A DNA stretch of 63,835 nt, filler included, from Deltaproteobacteria bacterium (lineage in GTDB: Bacteria; JAEEML01), in the NCBI GenBank assembly GCA_016283195.1. It is 6 parts of 6 records of this genome, joined end to end, with 100 filler letters (N's around TTAATTAATTAA, not from the genome) between each part and the next. Parts side by side here need not be neighbours in the genome. Positions count along the whole stretch, not along the records: positions 1 to 11,260 come from JAEEML010000127.1; 5 more parts are not named here. One strand, 5' to 3'. Under the pieces are notes generated by a model. That model did no database searches, had not been told where the DNA came from, and was given only the letters and a program-made list of their open reading frames with translations. Each line of letters begins with the position of its first letter. The first letter of the stretch is position 1. A program made the translations under genes and the position numbers. Shown piece by piece: positions 1 through 9,746 of the stretch.

Positions 1-193
1 TAAGCCGGGCATCGCTCACAGCCATGGAAGCCACTTGGTTGATAGGTGTCGGAGTGCCGTAATAATCAACGCGCACATCGTCTAAAATAGCCAGGTTAGC
101 CCGGCCAGTGCGCAGTTTGGAAAGGTCGCTTCTAAGGGACCTGACGGCTTGTTCGATAGAAGATTTAAAATCGCTGTAAATACCGTTAATCAT
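1..193 (-). CDS. frr: Ribosome recycling factor (5' part; runs off the window)
   Basis: Manual translation from ATG at 193: MINGIYSDFKSSIEQAVRSLRSDLSKLRTGRANLAILDDVRVDYYGTPTPINQVASM, with the RRF motif RTGRAN...VDYYG; lies downstream of pyrH. Confidence 0.95.
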   Translation of the reverse strand, partial: MINGIYSDFKSSIEQAVRSLRSDLSKLRTGRANLAILDDVRVDYYGTPTPINQVASMAVSDARL

Positions 194-203
194 TATAAAC
201 TCC

Positions 204-920
204 TTAAACTGTGACGGTGGTGCCTTTGTCTTTTCCGCAAAGCACATCTTTAATGGCGCCATCTTCTTTCATATTAAATACCGATATGGGCATCTTGCTG
301 TCCATGCAAAGTGAGACAGCGGTTAAGTCCATAACTTTAAGATTTTTTTCTAAAATTTCTTTATAGGTGATGGTGGCAAAACGCTTGGCAGCCGGGTTTT
401 TCACTGGGTCGCTGTCGTAAATGCCATCCACTTTGGTACCTTTAAACATAATATCGGCTTTTATTTCAGCGGCACGCAAAGCGGCGGCGGTGTCGGTGGA
501 AAAATAGGGATTGCCGGTGCCGGCGGTAAAAATCACCACTTCGCCGGCATTAAGAGCGGCTATAGCCTTTTCGCGGATAAAGAGCTCGGCTACTTGGGGA
601 ATATGTAAACTGGACATCACCCGGGCTTTAGCCCCCAGGCGCCGGAGCTGGTCCGCTATGGCGAGGCCATTCATCACTGTGGCCAGCATCCCCATATAAT
701 CGGCAGTGGCTCTATCCATGTCTTTGGCGCTTGTGCTCACCCCGCGAAAGAGGTTGCCGCCGCCGACCACTATGCCAACCTGAGTGCCAAGCGCTGTAAT
801 TTCAACTATTTGCCGGCAAGTTCTCTCTAGCATACTGGGATCTATACCGCTTGATAATTCGCCTTCCAGCGCCTCGCCGGAGAGCTTTAAAAGAACTCTT
901 TTGTATTTTGCGCCGCTCAT
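204..920 (-). CDS. pyrH: Uridylate kinase
   Basis: KYKRVLLKLSGEAL, VGGGNLFRG, GTGNPYFSTDTAAALRA motifs; start taken at ATG 920 (ORF extends to 932). Confidence 0.97.
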   Translation of the reverse strand: MSGAKYKRVLLKLSGEALEGELSSGIDPSMLERTCRQIVEITALGTQVGIVVGGGNLFRGVSTSAKDMDRATADYMGMLATVMNGLAIADQLRRLGAKARVMSSLHIPQVAELFIREKAIAALNAGEVVIFTAGTGNPYFSTDTAAALRAAEIKADIMFKGTKVDGIYDSDPVKNPAAKRFATITYKEILEKNLKVMDLTAVSLCMDSKMPISVFNMKEDGAIKDVLCGKDKGTTVTV

Positions 921-1054
921 GGAATCCCCCACAAAAAGCCGATAAATGGCTACCCGAAAGTGGGCCTTCTGTCAATATTTGGACTTTATACAACTATTTA
1001 ATTGTCAAAAAGCTTTCCTTTGCATAGGCTCTACTAGGCTTTTTTTGAAGGTGC

Positions 1055-3418
1055 ATGATTATGTCGGAACTTGATGATTATAAGCAAAAAGTAAAAGAGC
1101 AACTTACTAAAATTTGCCGGGTTATCGCTCAAATATCGGCCGGTAATTATAGTGAGCATTTAAATCTTTTCCCTATAGCTACCGAAGAATACAGCGAATT
1201 TTTGTTTGGTCTCGATATCTTGCTGAATGACCTCATAAAAACGCGCCGCGATTTGGAAATCCAGCAGGCTTATCATAAAACCCGCGCCGAAATTTGGCGC
1301 CGGGCTTCCATGGCTTATGATTCTCCGCAGGAAATGCTCGATAATTTGTTAAGTGTTCTCATTGAGGCTTTTAATTTGGATGTAGCCGGTTATTTGGTGG
1401 CCGGTAAAGAGGATGAAAATTATCGTTGTTTGGCCGCCAAGGCAACGGAAGAGATTAATTACACTGTTTTTTCTCTCCCTAAAAGCTTTATTTCTCCCCC
1501 CTCCGCCGAGTGTAGTTATTGTACTATTGCTTTGGGCGATGAGTCGCCGCTTTTTCATGGTGATGCGCCGGATGAACTGCGTATCAGTGCCGATGCCGTA
1601 CGCAAACTAAAACTCAAATCCATGATGGGCGTTTTTGCTTATGATGCCGTCAGCAGTGCCAATGTCGGCGTGGTTATCGGCAGTAAAAATAAGCGTCAAT
1701 GGAATACCCATGAAGAGCACACCATAGCTTCAATGACGATGATTTGCCATGCGCGAACCTTGCAACTTAAAATGAAAGAGGAGCTGGCTACAGCTAATAT
1801 GCGCCTGGAAAAAGAGGTGGCGGCGCGTACCGGAGAGCTCAATAATCTCAATATGCGCCTCACCAACGACCTTATTTACAGAGAGCAAGTTGAGCGCAAA
1901 CTCCGCGAAAATATGGAACTTTATCGCGCTCTGGTGGAAACGATTCCCGATTCTATTCTGGTTGTGGTCAGCGATGGCACCATTAGGCGCATCAATTCGG
2001 CCTCTTTGAATGTTTTCCACGCGCGGAACGAAAAAGAGCTTATAGATCATAATATTGCTGAATTTATTGAAGAATATGACCTTACAACCACCAAAGCTTA
2101 CAAGACTTTGGAGCGCCAGGTGAAATGCTGTGACGGCAATAGCTGCCTATGCGAAATAACCATTACCGATATTGTCTTTTCCGGGCCTAATCAAGATGCG
2201 GCTCGCCTCTGCCTGGTGCACGATATAACCGAGAGACGGCGCCAGGAAAGTGAGCTTGCGCGCATTCAAAGTCTTGAATCTATTGGTATTTTAGCGGGCG
2301 GTATAGCTCACGATTTTAATAACATCCTTTCCGGTGTGGCCGGCAATCTTTATTTGGCCCGGGAGCTTTATCCCAAAGAGCCGCAAAAATCACTCTCGCT
2401 TTTGGATGTAGCCCATCACTCTATTATAAAAGCCAAACATTTAACCGGGCAACTCCTGACTTTTGCCAAAGGCGGCGCTCCCATTAAAGAAACATTATCC
2501 ATTAAAAATATTTTAGACGAAGCTGCAACTTATGCTTTGGCCGGCTCAAAAATGGCCTACCATTTTGCGGCCAATAACAAATTGAAACTGGTGGAGGGAG
2601 ATCCCACACAACTGGTGCAGGTTTTTAGTAATTTGCTTTTGAATGCCGCTCAGGAGATGCAGCAGGGGACGATTGATCTCGAAGCCGAAACAGTTGATAT
2701 AAAAGATTATGATGAGGAACATTCCCTGCCGGACGGAACTTATGTCCATATTATGGTGGCCGATCGCGGCGGTGGTATTTCCGCCGAGAAAGCGCCTTAT
2801 ATTTTTCACCCTTATTATACCACGAAAAAACAAGGCACCGGTCTTGGGCTTACAGTGGTTTATTCTATTGTGCAACATCATGGCGGTGTGGTTTATCATG
2901 CTCCGCGAGATGGCGGAGGGACGATTTTTCATGTTTTTCTACCGGCCAGCAATGTGGAGGAACAACCACTAAAAGTAAAAGAAAAATCATCGGTTACCGA
3001 TAATGTGGAAATCACCAATAAGCGCCTTTTGCTCATGGACGATGACGAAGATATTTTGACTATGCTTGGCGAACTCTTTACTTTTATGGGCTATGAACCA
3101 TCCCTCGCCAAGAACGGTGAAGAAGCTCTGAAAATATATAAAGAATCCCAGGCCAAAAAGCAGCCTTTCGCAGTGGTTATTTTGGATTTAACCATTACCG
3201 GCGGCATGGGCGGCAAAGAGACAATCGGCGAATTAAAGCAACTTGATCCCGATGTTTATGCCATTGTAGCCAGCGGATACTCCAACGATCCGGTGCTGGC
3301 CAGTTATAAAGAATACGGCTTTAAGGATATTTTAACCAAACCCTATACTATGGAAGAGTTAAAAGAAGTTTTGAAAAGAGCTTTTAATTCCAAGCAACTT
3401 CAGGAACCGGAAGCCTGA
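1055..3418 (+). CDS. Hybrid sensor histidine kinase (GAF-like/PAS/HisKA/HATPase/REC)
   Basis: H-box AGGIAHDFNNIL, QVFSNLLLNA, DRGGGI, GTGLGL, C-terminal receiver LLMDDD...ILDLTI...KPY. Confidence 0.93.
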   Translation: MIMSELDDYKQKVKEQLTKICRVIAQISAGNYSEHLNLFPIATEEYSEFLFGLDILLNDLIKTRRDLEIQQAYHKTRAEIWRRASMAYDSPQEMLDNLLSVLIEAFNLDVAGYLVAGKEDENYRCLAAKATEEINYTVFSLPKSFISPPSAECSYCTIALGDESPLFHGDAPDELRISADAVRKLKLKSMMGVFAYDAVSSANVGVVIGSKNKRQWNTHEEHTIASMTMICHARTLQLKMKEELATANMRLEKEVAARTGELNNLNMRLTNDLIYREQVERKLRENMELYRALVETIPDSILVVVSDGTIRRINSASLNVFHARNEKELIDHNIAEFIEEYDLTTTKAYKTLERQVKCCDGNSCLCEITITDIVFSGPNQDAARLCLVHDITERRRQESELARIQSLESIGILAGGIAHDFNNILSGVAGNLYLARELYPKEPQKSLSLLDVAHHSIIKAKHLTGQLLTFAKGGAPIKETLSIKNILDEAATYALAGSKMAYHFAANNKLKLVEGDPTQLVQVFSNLLLNAAQEMQQGTIDLEAETVDIKDYDEEHSLPDGTYVHIMVADRGGGISAEKAPYIFHPYYTTKKQGTGLGLTVVYSIVQHHGGVVYHAPRDGGGTIFHVFLPASNVEEQPLKVKEKSSVTDNVEITNKRLLLMDDDEDILTMLGELFTFMGYEPSLAKNGEEALKIYKESQAKKQPFAVVILDLTITGGMGGKETIGELKQLDPDVYAIVASGYSNDPVLASYKEYGFKDILTKPYTMEELKEVLKRAFNSKQLQEPEA

Positions 3419-4304
3419 TTTCTTCGCTACGGGGCTGCGGCCTAGCTTGGTCTCTTGCTGTCCAGAGTCTAAAGGCGCCCGATTTAACCAGCGCTTGTAA
3501 AAGTTCGGCATGGAGAGCATGGCCGCCTTTATATATTTCGACAGCCCCAATAAGCGGCGCTCCTAAAAGAGCTAGATCACCAACGGCATCCAGTGCTTTA
3601 TGGCGCACAAATTCATCGGGATAACGCAAGCCGCCGGGATTAAGAACATTGTAATTATCTATAACAACAGCGTTTTCAAGAGAACCGCCCAAAGCCAGAC
3701 GGCGTTCTTTTAAAGCCTCTATATCTTTTAAAAAGCCGAAAGTGCGGGCCCGCGCTAATTCTTCGGTGAAAACGGCAGTGGAAAAATCAGCGGCAAAAGT
3801 TTGCCGGCCGATTAAAGGATGAGGAAAATCAATAACATATTTTAAAGATAGGGTAGAAGCCGGGGAGATGGTAGCCCATTTGTCATTAAGGCGCACCGTA
3901 ACTTTATCGGTGACTACGGCAAACTTTTTTTGGGCTTTTTGTTTTATTATACCGGATTCTTGCAACATACAAACGAAAGGAGCGGCGCTGCCGTCCATAA
4001 TGGGAACTTCCGGCCCGCCGACTAATACGCGAGCATTATCGATACTTAAGCCCATAAAGGCGGCCATTAAGTGCTCGATAGTTTTTATGGCATTTTCCCC
4101 CTGGCCGATGGTGGTAGCCAGTTCGGTGCGGGTAACGAGGTCGTAGCGAGCCGGCATAACCAGAGGATCTTTAATATCGGTGCGCTCAAAAGTGATGCCG
4201 TGGCCAGCCGGGGCGGGAAGTATCTCTAATCTAATGGATTTACCGGTGTGCAGCCCGATGCCGACACAACCTATTTTTTCACGAATGGTGCACTCTCTCA
4301 CCAT
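3384..4304 (-). CDS. lpxC: UDP-3-O-acyl-N-acetylglucosamine deacetylase
   Basis: GIGLHTG, TIEHLMAA, PIMDGSA, ARARTFGF, EFVRHKALDAVGDL; AAGGAG RBS before ATG at 4304. Confidence 0.97.
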   Translation of the reverse strand: MVRECTIREKIGCVGIGLHTGKSIRLEILPAPAGHGITFERTDIKDPLVMPARYDLVTRTELATTIGQGENAIKTIEHLMAAFMGLSIDNARVLVGGPEVPIMDGSAAPFVCMLQESGIIKQKAQKKFAVVTDKVTVRLNDKWATISPASTLSLKYVIDFPHPLIGRQTFAADFSTAVFTEELARARTFGFLKDIEALKERRLALGGSLENAVVIDNYNVLNPGGLRYPDEFVRHKALDAVGDLALLGAPLIGAVEIYKGGHALHAELLQALVKSGAFRLWTARDQARPQPRSEEIRLPVPEVAWN

Positions 4305-4538
4305 AAAATATTTCTCCTTTGGCCATTGAATTGGCCGGATACCACTCTCAAATTCGTTGCAAAAAACATACCAACTTTTTACCCGGGCCAAAGGCCTAGG
4401 ACGGAGAGCGGTAACATGGTGCTTTTAGCTTTATAACGGCTTGCAATGAGGCCAAAAAGCGCAAGCAGACCGCCTTCTAGCATACAACTTTTTAAATGGC
4501 AAGATTAGGGAAGAAAATTGCAAAGTGCGACAAAAATG

Positions 4539-5303
4539 TCAGGGTAAGTATTGTACAACAATAACGGAGATATTGTCTTGGCCGCCGTTTTCGTTGGCTC
4601 TATTGATGAGCTCACGGCAGCAGAGTTCCAAGTCTTCGCCGGCAGCGAGGGCCGTTTTTAAAATGAGATCATCGGGCACCATGCCGGAGAGGCCGTCGGA
4701 GCAAATTAAAAAGCGGTCATAAGGGCGCGGCTGCACTTTGGTGATATCTACATCGACAGTCTCTTTCATGCCAAGTGCCCGCACAATGACATTTTTATGC
4801 GGAAAAGCGGCAATTTCTTCCGGTGTGAGCTGATGTACTTTGAGATAATCATTTAATAGCGAGTGATCTTCGGTGATTTGCTTTATTTGGTTATCTCTAA
4901 TCATATAGCCGCGGGAGTCGCCCACATGGCCAAACATGGCTCCCTCGCGTGTTGGCATAAAGGAGACAATAGTGGTGCCCATGCCGCGAAAACGGCCATC
5001 GTTGCGGTTGGTTTCAAAGATGCGGCGGTTGGCCAGTTTTATGCCGTTTATAAGGCGGTTTTCTTCCATCGTCTTGGAACGGTCTTCTTTGTAAGGCCAA
5101 GTAATTTCATCGTTTTTGGCACTATCCATAATAAAATTGGCTAGTGATTCAATGGCTATTTGCGAAGCTACTTCGCCAGAAGAATGGCCACCCATGCCGT
5201 CGGCAACAACAAAGAGGTTGTATTCCGGCAGAAGGAAAAAATTATCCTCATTGTGGCCGCGTTTCATGCCTACATGGCTAGTACCAGCGTAATTAATTCT
5301 CAT
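4539..5303 (-). CDS. PP2C-family (Stp1/IreP-type) Ser/Thr protein phosphatase
   Basis: VGMKRGHNED, VADGMGGH, GMGTT, HVGDSR, CSDGL, GGQDNIS motifs. Confidence 0.95.
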   Translation of the reverse strand: MRINYAGTSHVGMKRGHNEDNFFLLPEYNLFVVADGMGGHSSGEVASQIAIESLANFIMDSAKNDEITWPYKEDRSKTMEENRLINGIKLANRRIFETNRNDGRFRGMGTTIVSFMPTREGAMFGHVGDSRGYMIRDNQIKQITEDHSLLNDYLKVHQLTPEEIAAFPHKNVIVRALGMKETVDVDITKVQPRPYDRFLICSDGLSGMVPDDLILKTALAAGEDLELCCRELINRANENGGQDNISVIVVQYLP

Positions 5304-5391
5304 ATTTTATCCCAAAATAAGCTGCCAACTCCGTTTAGCAGACGGCGCAATTCTAGCACCTAAGAAAAGGTGTGTCAAACGTAAGTGCTAA

Positions 5392-6381
5392 TTAGAAACG
5401 GCCGCCAAGCATAATGCCACCGCCGTTTGGGAGCATGGCCGGGGCAACGGAGATTTGCATTTTTTGCTTTTGATTTTCGTATTTTTTCACCTGCTTGGTG
5501 ATGATGCGGCGTGTAAGTACCAAATCCACCAGTCCCCAAATAGCCATAGTCGGCAGAATGATAAGGGCATTCATATAACTGCTGACCATAAAAGCTAAAT
5601 ATTTATCATCTTCGGTTCCGTTATCTTGCACGCTCCTTAGGGCAATCAGCAAGGGGAAGGCAATAGAGACGACAGTGCGGATGCAGGAGCTGATAATGGC
5701 ATATTTAGCCGATTTGCCAAGAGCCAGGAAGTGCCCCAAAACCGGGCCGAAGCCCAATGTGGCACCAACTAAAATAAGACCGCCGTAATATAAAGCGCCT
5801 ACCTTTTTTTCTTTGGCAATAAGCTCTGCGGCATATACACCTACTTCTGGAGCACGGAAAATAGCCCCCAGCATAACGCCGCCCACAAGCCCGGTAGATA
5901 TAGCCGTCATAGCTGCCGACATCATACTGGCGGAAATGGCTGTTCCCAATAGAGTTGCGCCAACGGCAATACCCACTGCCGCGCGGGGTTTATAGGCCAG
6001 TCTTCCGGGTTTTGGTACAGGGAGAGCATCCGGATTTTGTGTGGCGACACCGTCATTTTCTGCTGTATCTTGGCTTATAGCGGCGGAATCCTCCAGCGCC
6101 TTATTACCGTTATCTTCTTCACTTGCTGCACCGGCACTTAAATTTTGCCCGTTTTCATCTTCTTGGGCTTCTCCTTCCGCTTCGTCCTCCTCCGCTCCAG
6201 AGACTGCGGGGGCGGCAGTGTCGCTTTCATTAGCGCCGAGAGCACGGCCCTCTTCTTCCGCTTCAAGCGCGTCATGCGCGGCGGCGGCGTGGTCTTTGGT
6301 GACCGCTTTATCTGCGGCTGTAACTGTTTGCCCCAGGCTGAAAGAGCCTATTAAAATAGCTAAAATAGTTGTCTTAATCAT
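5392..6381 (-). CDS. Secreted/membrane hypothetical protein, paralog 3 of a tandem family
   Basis: Signal peptide, acidic low-complexity linker, PG.LAY.P motif, hydrophobic Gly-rich helices, C-terminus GGGIMLGGRF. Confidence 0.8.
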   Translation of the reverse strand: MIKTTILAILIGSFSLGQTVTAADKAVTKDHAAAAHDALEAEEEGRALGANESDTAAPAVSGAEEDEAEGEAQEDENGQNLSAGAASEEDNGNKALEDSAAISQDTAENDGVATQNPDALPVPKPGRLAYKPRAAVGIAVGATLLGTAISASMMSAAMTAISTGLVGGVMLGAIFRAPEVGVYAAELIAKEKKVGALYYGGLILVGATLGFGPVLGHFLALGKSAKYAIISSCIRTVVSIAFPLLIALRSVQDNGTEDDKYLAFMVSSYMNALIILPTMAIWGLVDLVLTRRIITKQVKKYENQKQKMQISVAPAMLPNGGGIMLGGRF

Positions 6382-6439
6382 TTTAATCCTCCATTGTTTT
6401 ATATGATTATTTTTTAAGTTTTTTTAAAAAAGTATAAAA

Positions 6440-7204
6440 TCAGAAACGGGCCCCCAGCATAACGCCGCCGCCGTTTTCCATAAAGAACGGCGCCATTTTA
6501 AGGTCCACTAATTTTTTATCGGCTCCTTCATATTTCTTTACTGCTCTTTTTAAAATCATGGGAGTAAGAGCAATATCGACAATACCCCAGACAGCCATTA
6601 TCGGTACTAAAAAGTAAAGCGAGTAGTTAGTAGCAATGAGGAAAGAGGCTTTATCCATGGCTTTTTCTTTGGCACAGATGATAAGGCCGCTTAAAAACGG
6701 CAGGCCAACTGTGAGCACAGTGCGGCTTAAAGACATAATAAAAGCATATTTTGCCGCTTTGCCGAGAGCTACGAATTGCCCCAAAACAGGAGCAAAACCC
6801 AGAGTGGCGCCCATGAGAATAAGCCCGGTATAAAAAAGAGCGCCGATGTGCTTATTATTGGAGAGAAAAGCAATACCTTCCTGGACAACCGCCATATCTT
6901 TGGCTACGCCGCCTTTAACGGCATAACCGGCTACTCCGGCGGCAAAAGCCAGTTGCGAAGCCAGAATTAAAGCCGTTGGCGTGATAATGCCCAGGAGCAA
7001 TGAACCGGCAGAAATACCTGTAGCAATGCCCGGATGGTAAGCGAGTTTTCCCGGTTTAGCTGTGTTAGAAGCCGCAGGAGCAACGTAAGCGGCATTATTA
7101 ACACTGTTTTCGTTTTCATTTACGGCCGAGTTGCTCTCGGCAAAAGCCGGCGCAGTTGCCAGAATAAAAGATAAAAAGAGCAGAGTAAGTAGTTTGTTAA
7201 ACAT
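6440..7204 (-). CDS. Secreted/membrane hypothetical protein, paralog 2
   Basis: Signal peptide (APAFA), PGKLAYHP, GATLGFAPVLGQF, C-terminus GGGVMLGARF. Confidence 0.8.
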   Translation of the reverse strand: MFNKLLTLLFLSFILATAPAFAESNSAVNENENSVNNAAYVAPAASNTAKPGKLAYHPGIATGISAGSLLLGIITPTALILASQLAFAAGVAGYAVKGGVAKDMAVVQEGIAFLSNNKHIGALFYTGLILMGATLGFAPVLGQFVALGKAAKYAFIMSLSRTVLTVGLPFLSGLIICAKEKAMDKASFLIATNYSLYFLVPIMAVWGIVDIALTPMILKRAVKKYEGADKKLVDLKMAPFFMENGGGVMLGARF

Positions 7205-7241
7205 TGGTAATCCTTCTAAAATACTTTGTTAATCATATCTT

Positions 7242-8090
7242 TTAGAAACGGCCGCCCAGCATAATGCCGCCGCCTTCATGGTTAACGTAGGGGGCCACGC
7301 TTATGTGCCGCTGCTGTTTATATTTTTTGACATGGTTAGTTAAATTGCGCTTAGTCATGGCCATATCCACAATGCCCCAAACAAAAGCGGCCGAGAAAGA
7401 AACAATAGCCCCAATCCCGACAGTGGCAAAGAAACCCTGGCCATCGTAATTTTTATCAGCCAGTACATAGATATAACCGGCCAGGAGCGGCGGGATAATA
7501 GCTACAGCTGTGCGGGCTATAGCCATGCCGTAATTGGCATATTTACCGATAGCCAGGAATTGGCCAAAAAGCGGGCCGAAACCTAAAGTGGCGCCGATAA
7601 AAAAGAGGCCGGAGTAATAGGCAAAATTGCGCCCGTAGTTATATTTGTCATAACCTTCTCTGGCCGGGAGGATCATCATCGGCGAAAAGGCTATAAGCCC
7701 CAGCAAAGTGGCGCCGACAGAAATAGCTGCCGCGGCGCCAGGTTTATAGGCTAACATACCGGGAGCGGTTAACGGTTTGCTCTTGGGAACAGATACGGCT
7801 TTGGCTTTTTGGCCTTGCAATTCGTCTTTATTTATCTCTTTTGGGCTTGGTTCGGCAGCTATTGCCGGTTTGGCCAGAGGTTCCGCCTTATTTTCTACTT
7901 GAGTGTTTTCATCTTTGTCTGCTTCATCTTTTGCCGGCAGGCCGTTTTCTTCTTTTGTTAGGGCTTCCTGAGCTTCTTCGGCGTGCTCTATGGTTGCTTC
8001 TTGTGTGGCCGGTGCTTCCGCCCCCTCGCCTTCGGCCTGAGCGAGAGTTAAACTGCTGATTAGAATACTCATGGCTAGTGCTTTTAACAT
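7242..8090 (-). CDS. Secreted/membrane hypothetical protein, paralog 1
   Basis: Signal peptide, acidic linker, PGMLAYKP, GATLGFGPLFGQF, C-terminus GGGIMLGGRF; GGAGG RBS. Confidence 0.8.
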   Translation of the reverse strand: MLKALAMSILISSLTLAQAEGEGAEAPATQEATIEHAEEAQEALTKEENGLPAKDEADKDENTQVENKAEPLAKPAIAAEPSPKEINKDELQGQKAKAVSVPKSKPLTAPGMLAYKPGAAAAISVGATLLGLIAFSPMMILPAREGYDKYNYGRNFAYYSGLFFIGATLGFGPLFGQFLAIGKYANYGMAIARTAVAIIPPLLAGYIYVLADKNYDGQGFFATVGIGAIVSFSAAFVWGIVDMAMTKRNLTNHVKKYKQQRHISVAPYVNHEGGGIMLGGRF

Positions 8091-8265
8091 GGTAACCTCC
8101 CTGTTTGTTTAAGAATAAAAACAAACAAGAGAGAAATTACCACATATCCCGAGAACAGCGCAACTATCATCATTTTACGCCTGTTATCATAGCAATACTC
8201 GGCCTTTAATTGATAAAGTTTTGAAGACGTGTTAGAGAAGATCGGAAAGGTTTTAGGCAGAAAAA

Positions 8266-9663
8266 ATGGCCGAGAAGAAACAAATCCTGGTAGTTGACGA
8301 CGAAGAGAGTATGCGGGAAATGCTGGCTTTAATGCTCGCCCATGAAGGCTATGAAGTAACCGTGGCCTTGGGCGGCGAAATGGCTATAAAAGCCTTAAAA
8401 ACCAAGCGGTTTACTATTATGCTTTCTGATGTGCGTATGCCCTCCATGGACGGGCTTACATTGCTCAAAAAAATCAAAGAGGAGCATATAAATATCCCGG
8501 TTATCATGATGAGTGCCTTTGTGGACCATGATACAGCCATCGAAGCCCTTAAACTGGGAGCTATTGATTATATCTCGAAGCCCTTTAAAAAAGACGAAGT
8601 GGTGCTGAAAATTCGCCTGGCCGAAGAGCGGGTAAAACTAGCCGAAAAAACAGCTATTTTAGAGGCCGAAAACAAGCAACTAAAAGGGCCTATGTCGCCG
8701 CCGGAGATTGCCAGAGCGCGCTTTATCGGTGCCAATGAAAAGGTGCAGAAATTACTTAATATGGTAATAAAAATAGCACCTTATAAGAGTACTGTGCTGA
8801 TTCAGGGCGAGTCCGGTACCGGTAAAGAGATAGTGGCCAGGCTTCTCCATGACCTCTCGCCGCGTGCCGGCGCACCTTTTATTGCCATAAATTGCGGGGC
8901 CATTCCGGAAAATCTTTTGGAAAGCGAATTATTTGGCCATATTAAAGGGGCCTTTACCGATGCCCATCGCGATAAAAAGGGCCTTATTGAAGAAGCCGAT
9001 GGTGGCACACTATTCTTGGATGAAGTAGCCGAATTGCCTCTTTCTTTGCAAGTGAAATTACTGCGCTTTTTGCAAGAGGAGGAAATTCGGCGTATCGGTG
9101 ATAATAAAGATATTAAACTTGATGTGCGGGTGGTGGCCGCCAGTGCGGTGAATATTGCCGAGGCAGTGCACGAGGGCCGTTTTAGAGAAGATTTATTCTA
9201 TCGTTTAAATGTTTTGCAAGTGGCTATTCCCCCTTTAAGAGAGCGACGGGAAGATATTCCGCTTTTAGCTGCCCACTTTGTGGCTCTAAGCAATCGGCGC
9301 CATGAAAAAAATATCAGCGGCTTTACGCCGGAGGCAATGGAGCTTATGGTTAATTACTCCTGGCCCGGCAATGTGCGCGAACTGGAAAACAGTGTGGAAC
9401 GGGCAGTGGTGCTTTCCGATACGCCGCTTATTGAAGCCGATATTTTGCCGGAGAAATATGATCCCAAAGAGGAAGAAAGCGCGCCGCTTTTAAGTTCCGA
9501 TCCGGAAGTTTTTTCCATTAAAGAAGCCACAGCCAGATTGGAGCGCGAGCTAATTATAAAAGCGCTCAAAAAAACTGATGGTAATCGCACTAAAGCTGCG
9601 AAATTGCTAGATTTAAGCCACAGGGCTCTCTTATACAAGCTCCATGATTATAATATAAAATAG
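8266..9663 (+). CDS. Sigma-54-dependent response regulator (NtrC/AtoC family)
   Basis: Receiver ILVVDD, Walker A GESGTGKE, GAFTDA motif, WPGNVRELEN, C-terminal Fis-type HTH. Confidence 0.96.
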   Translation: MAEKKQILVVDDEESMREMLALMLAHEGYEVTVALGGEMAIKALKTKRFTIMLSDVRMPSMDGLTLLKKIKEEHINIPVIMMSAFVDHDTAIEALKLGAIDYISKPFKKDEVVLKIRLAEERVKLAEKTAILEAENKQLKGPMSPPEIARARFIGANEKVQKLLNMVIKIAPYKSTVLIQGESGTGKEIVARLLHDLSPRAGAPFIAINCGAIPENLLESELFGHIKGAFTDAHRDKKGLIEEADGGTLFLDEVAELPLSLQVKLLRFLQEEEIRRIGDNKDIKLDVRVVAASAVNIAEAVHEGRFREDLFYRLNVLQVAIPPLRERREDIPLLAAHFVALSNRRHEKNISGFTPEAMELMVNYSWPGNVRELENSVERAVVLSDTPLIEADILPEKYDPKEEESAPLLSSDPEVFSIKEATARLERELIIKALKKTDGNRTKAAKLLDLSHRALLYKLHDYNIK

Positions 9664-9677
9664 TACATTTAGAGCAG

Positions 9678-9705
9678 TTGACGCTAACTAAAGAGTGTAT
9701 AGAAT
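9678..9705 (+). promoter_or_regulatory. Candidate sigma-70 promoter of ftsH
   Basis: TTGACG-16nt-TAGAAT about 40 nt upstream of the ftsH start. Confidence 0.55.
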
Positions 9706-9746
9706 GACCGAGGCGGCTTTTACCAGCCGGCGAAAGGATAATAAGC

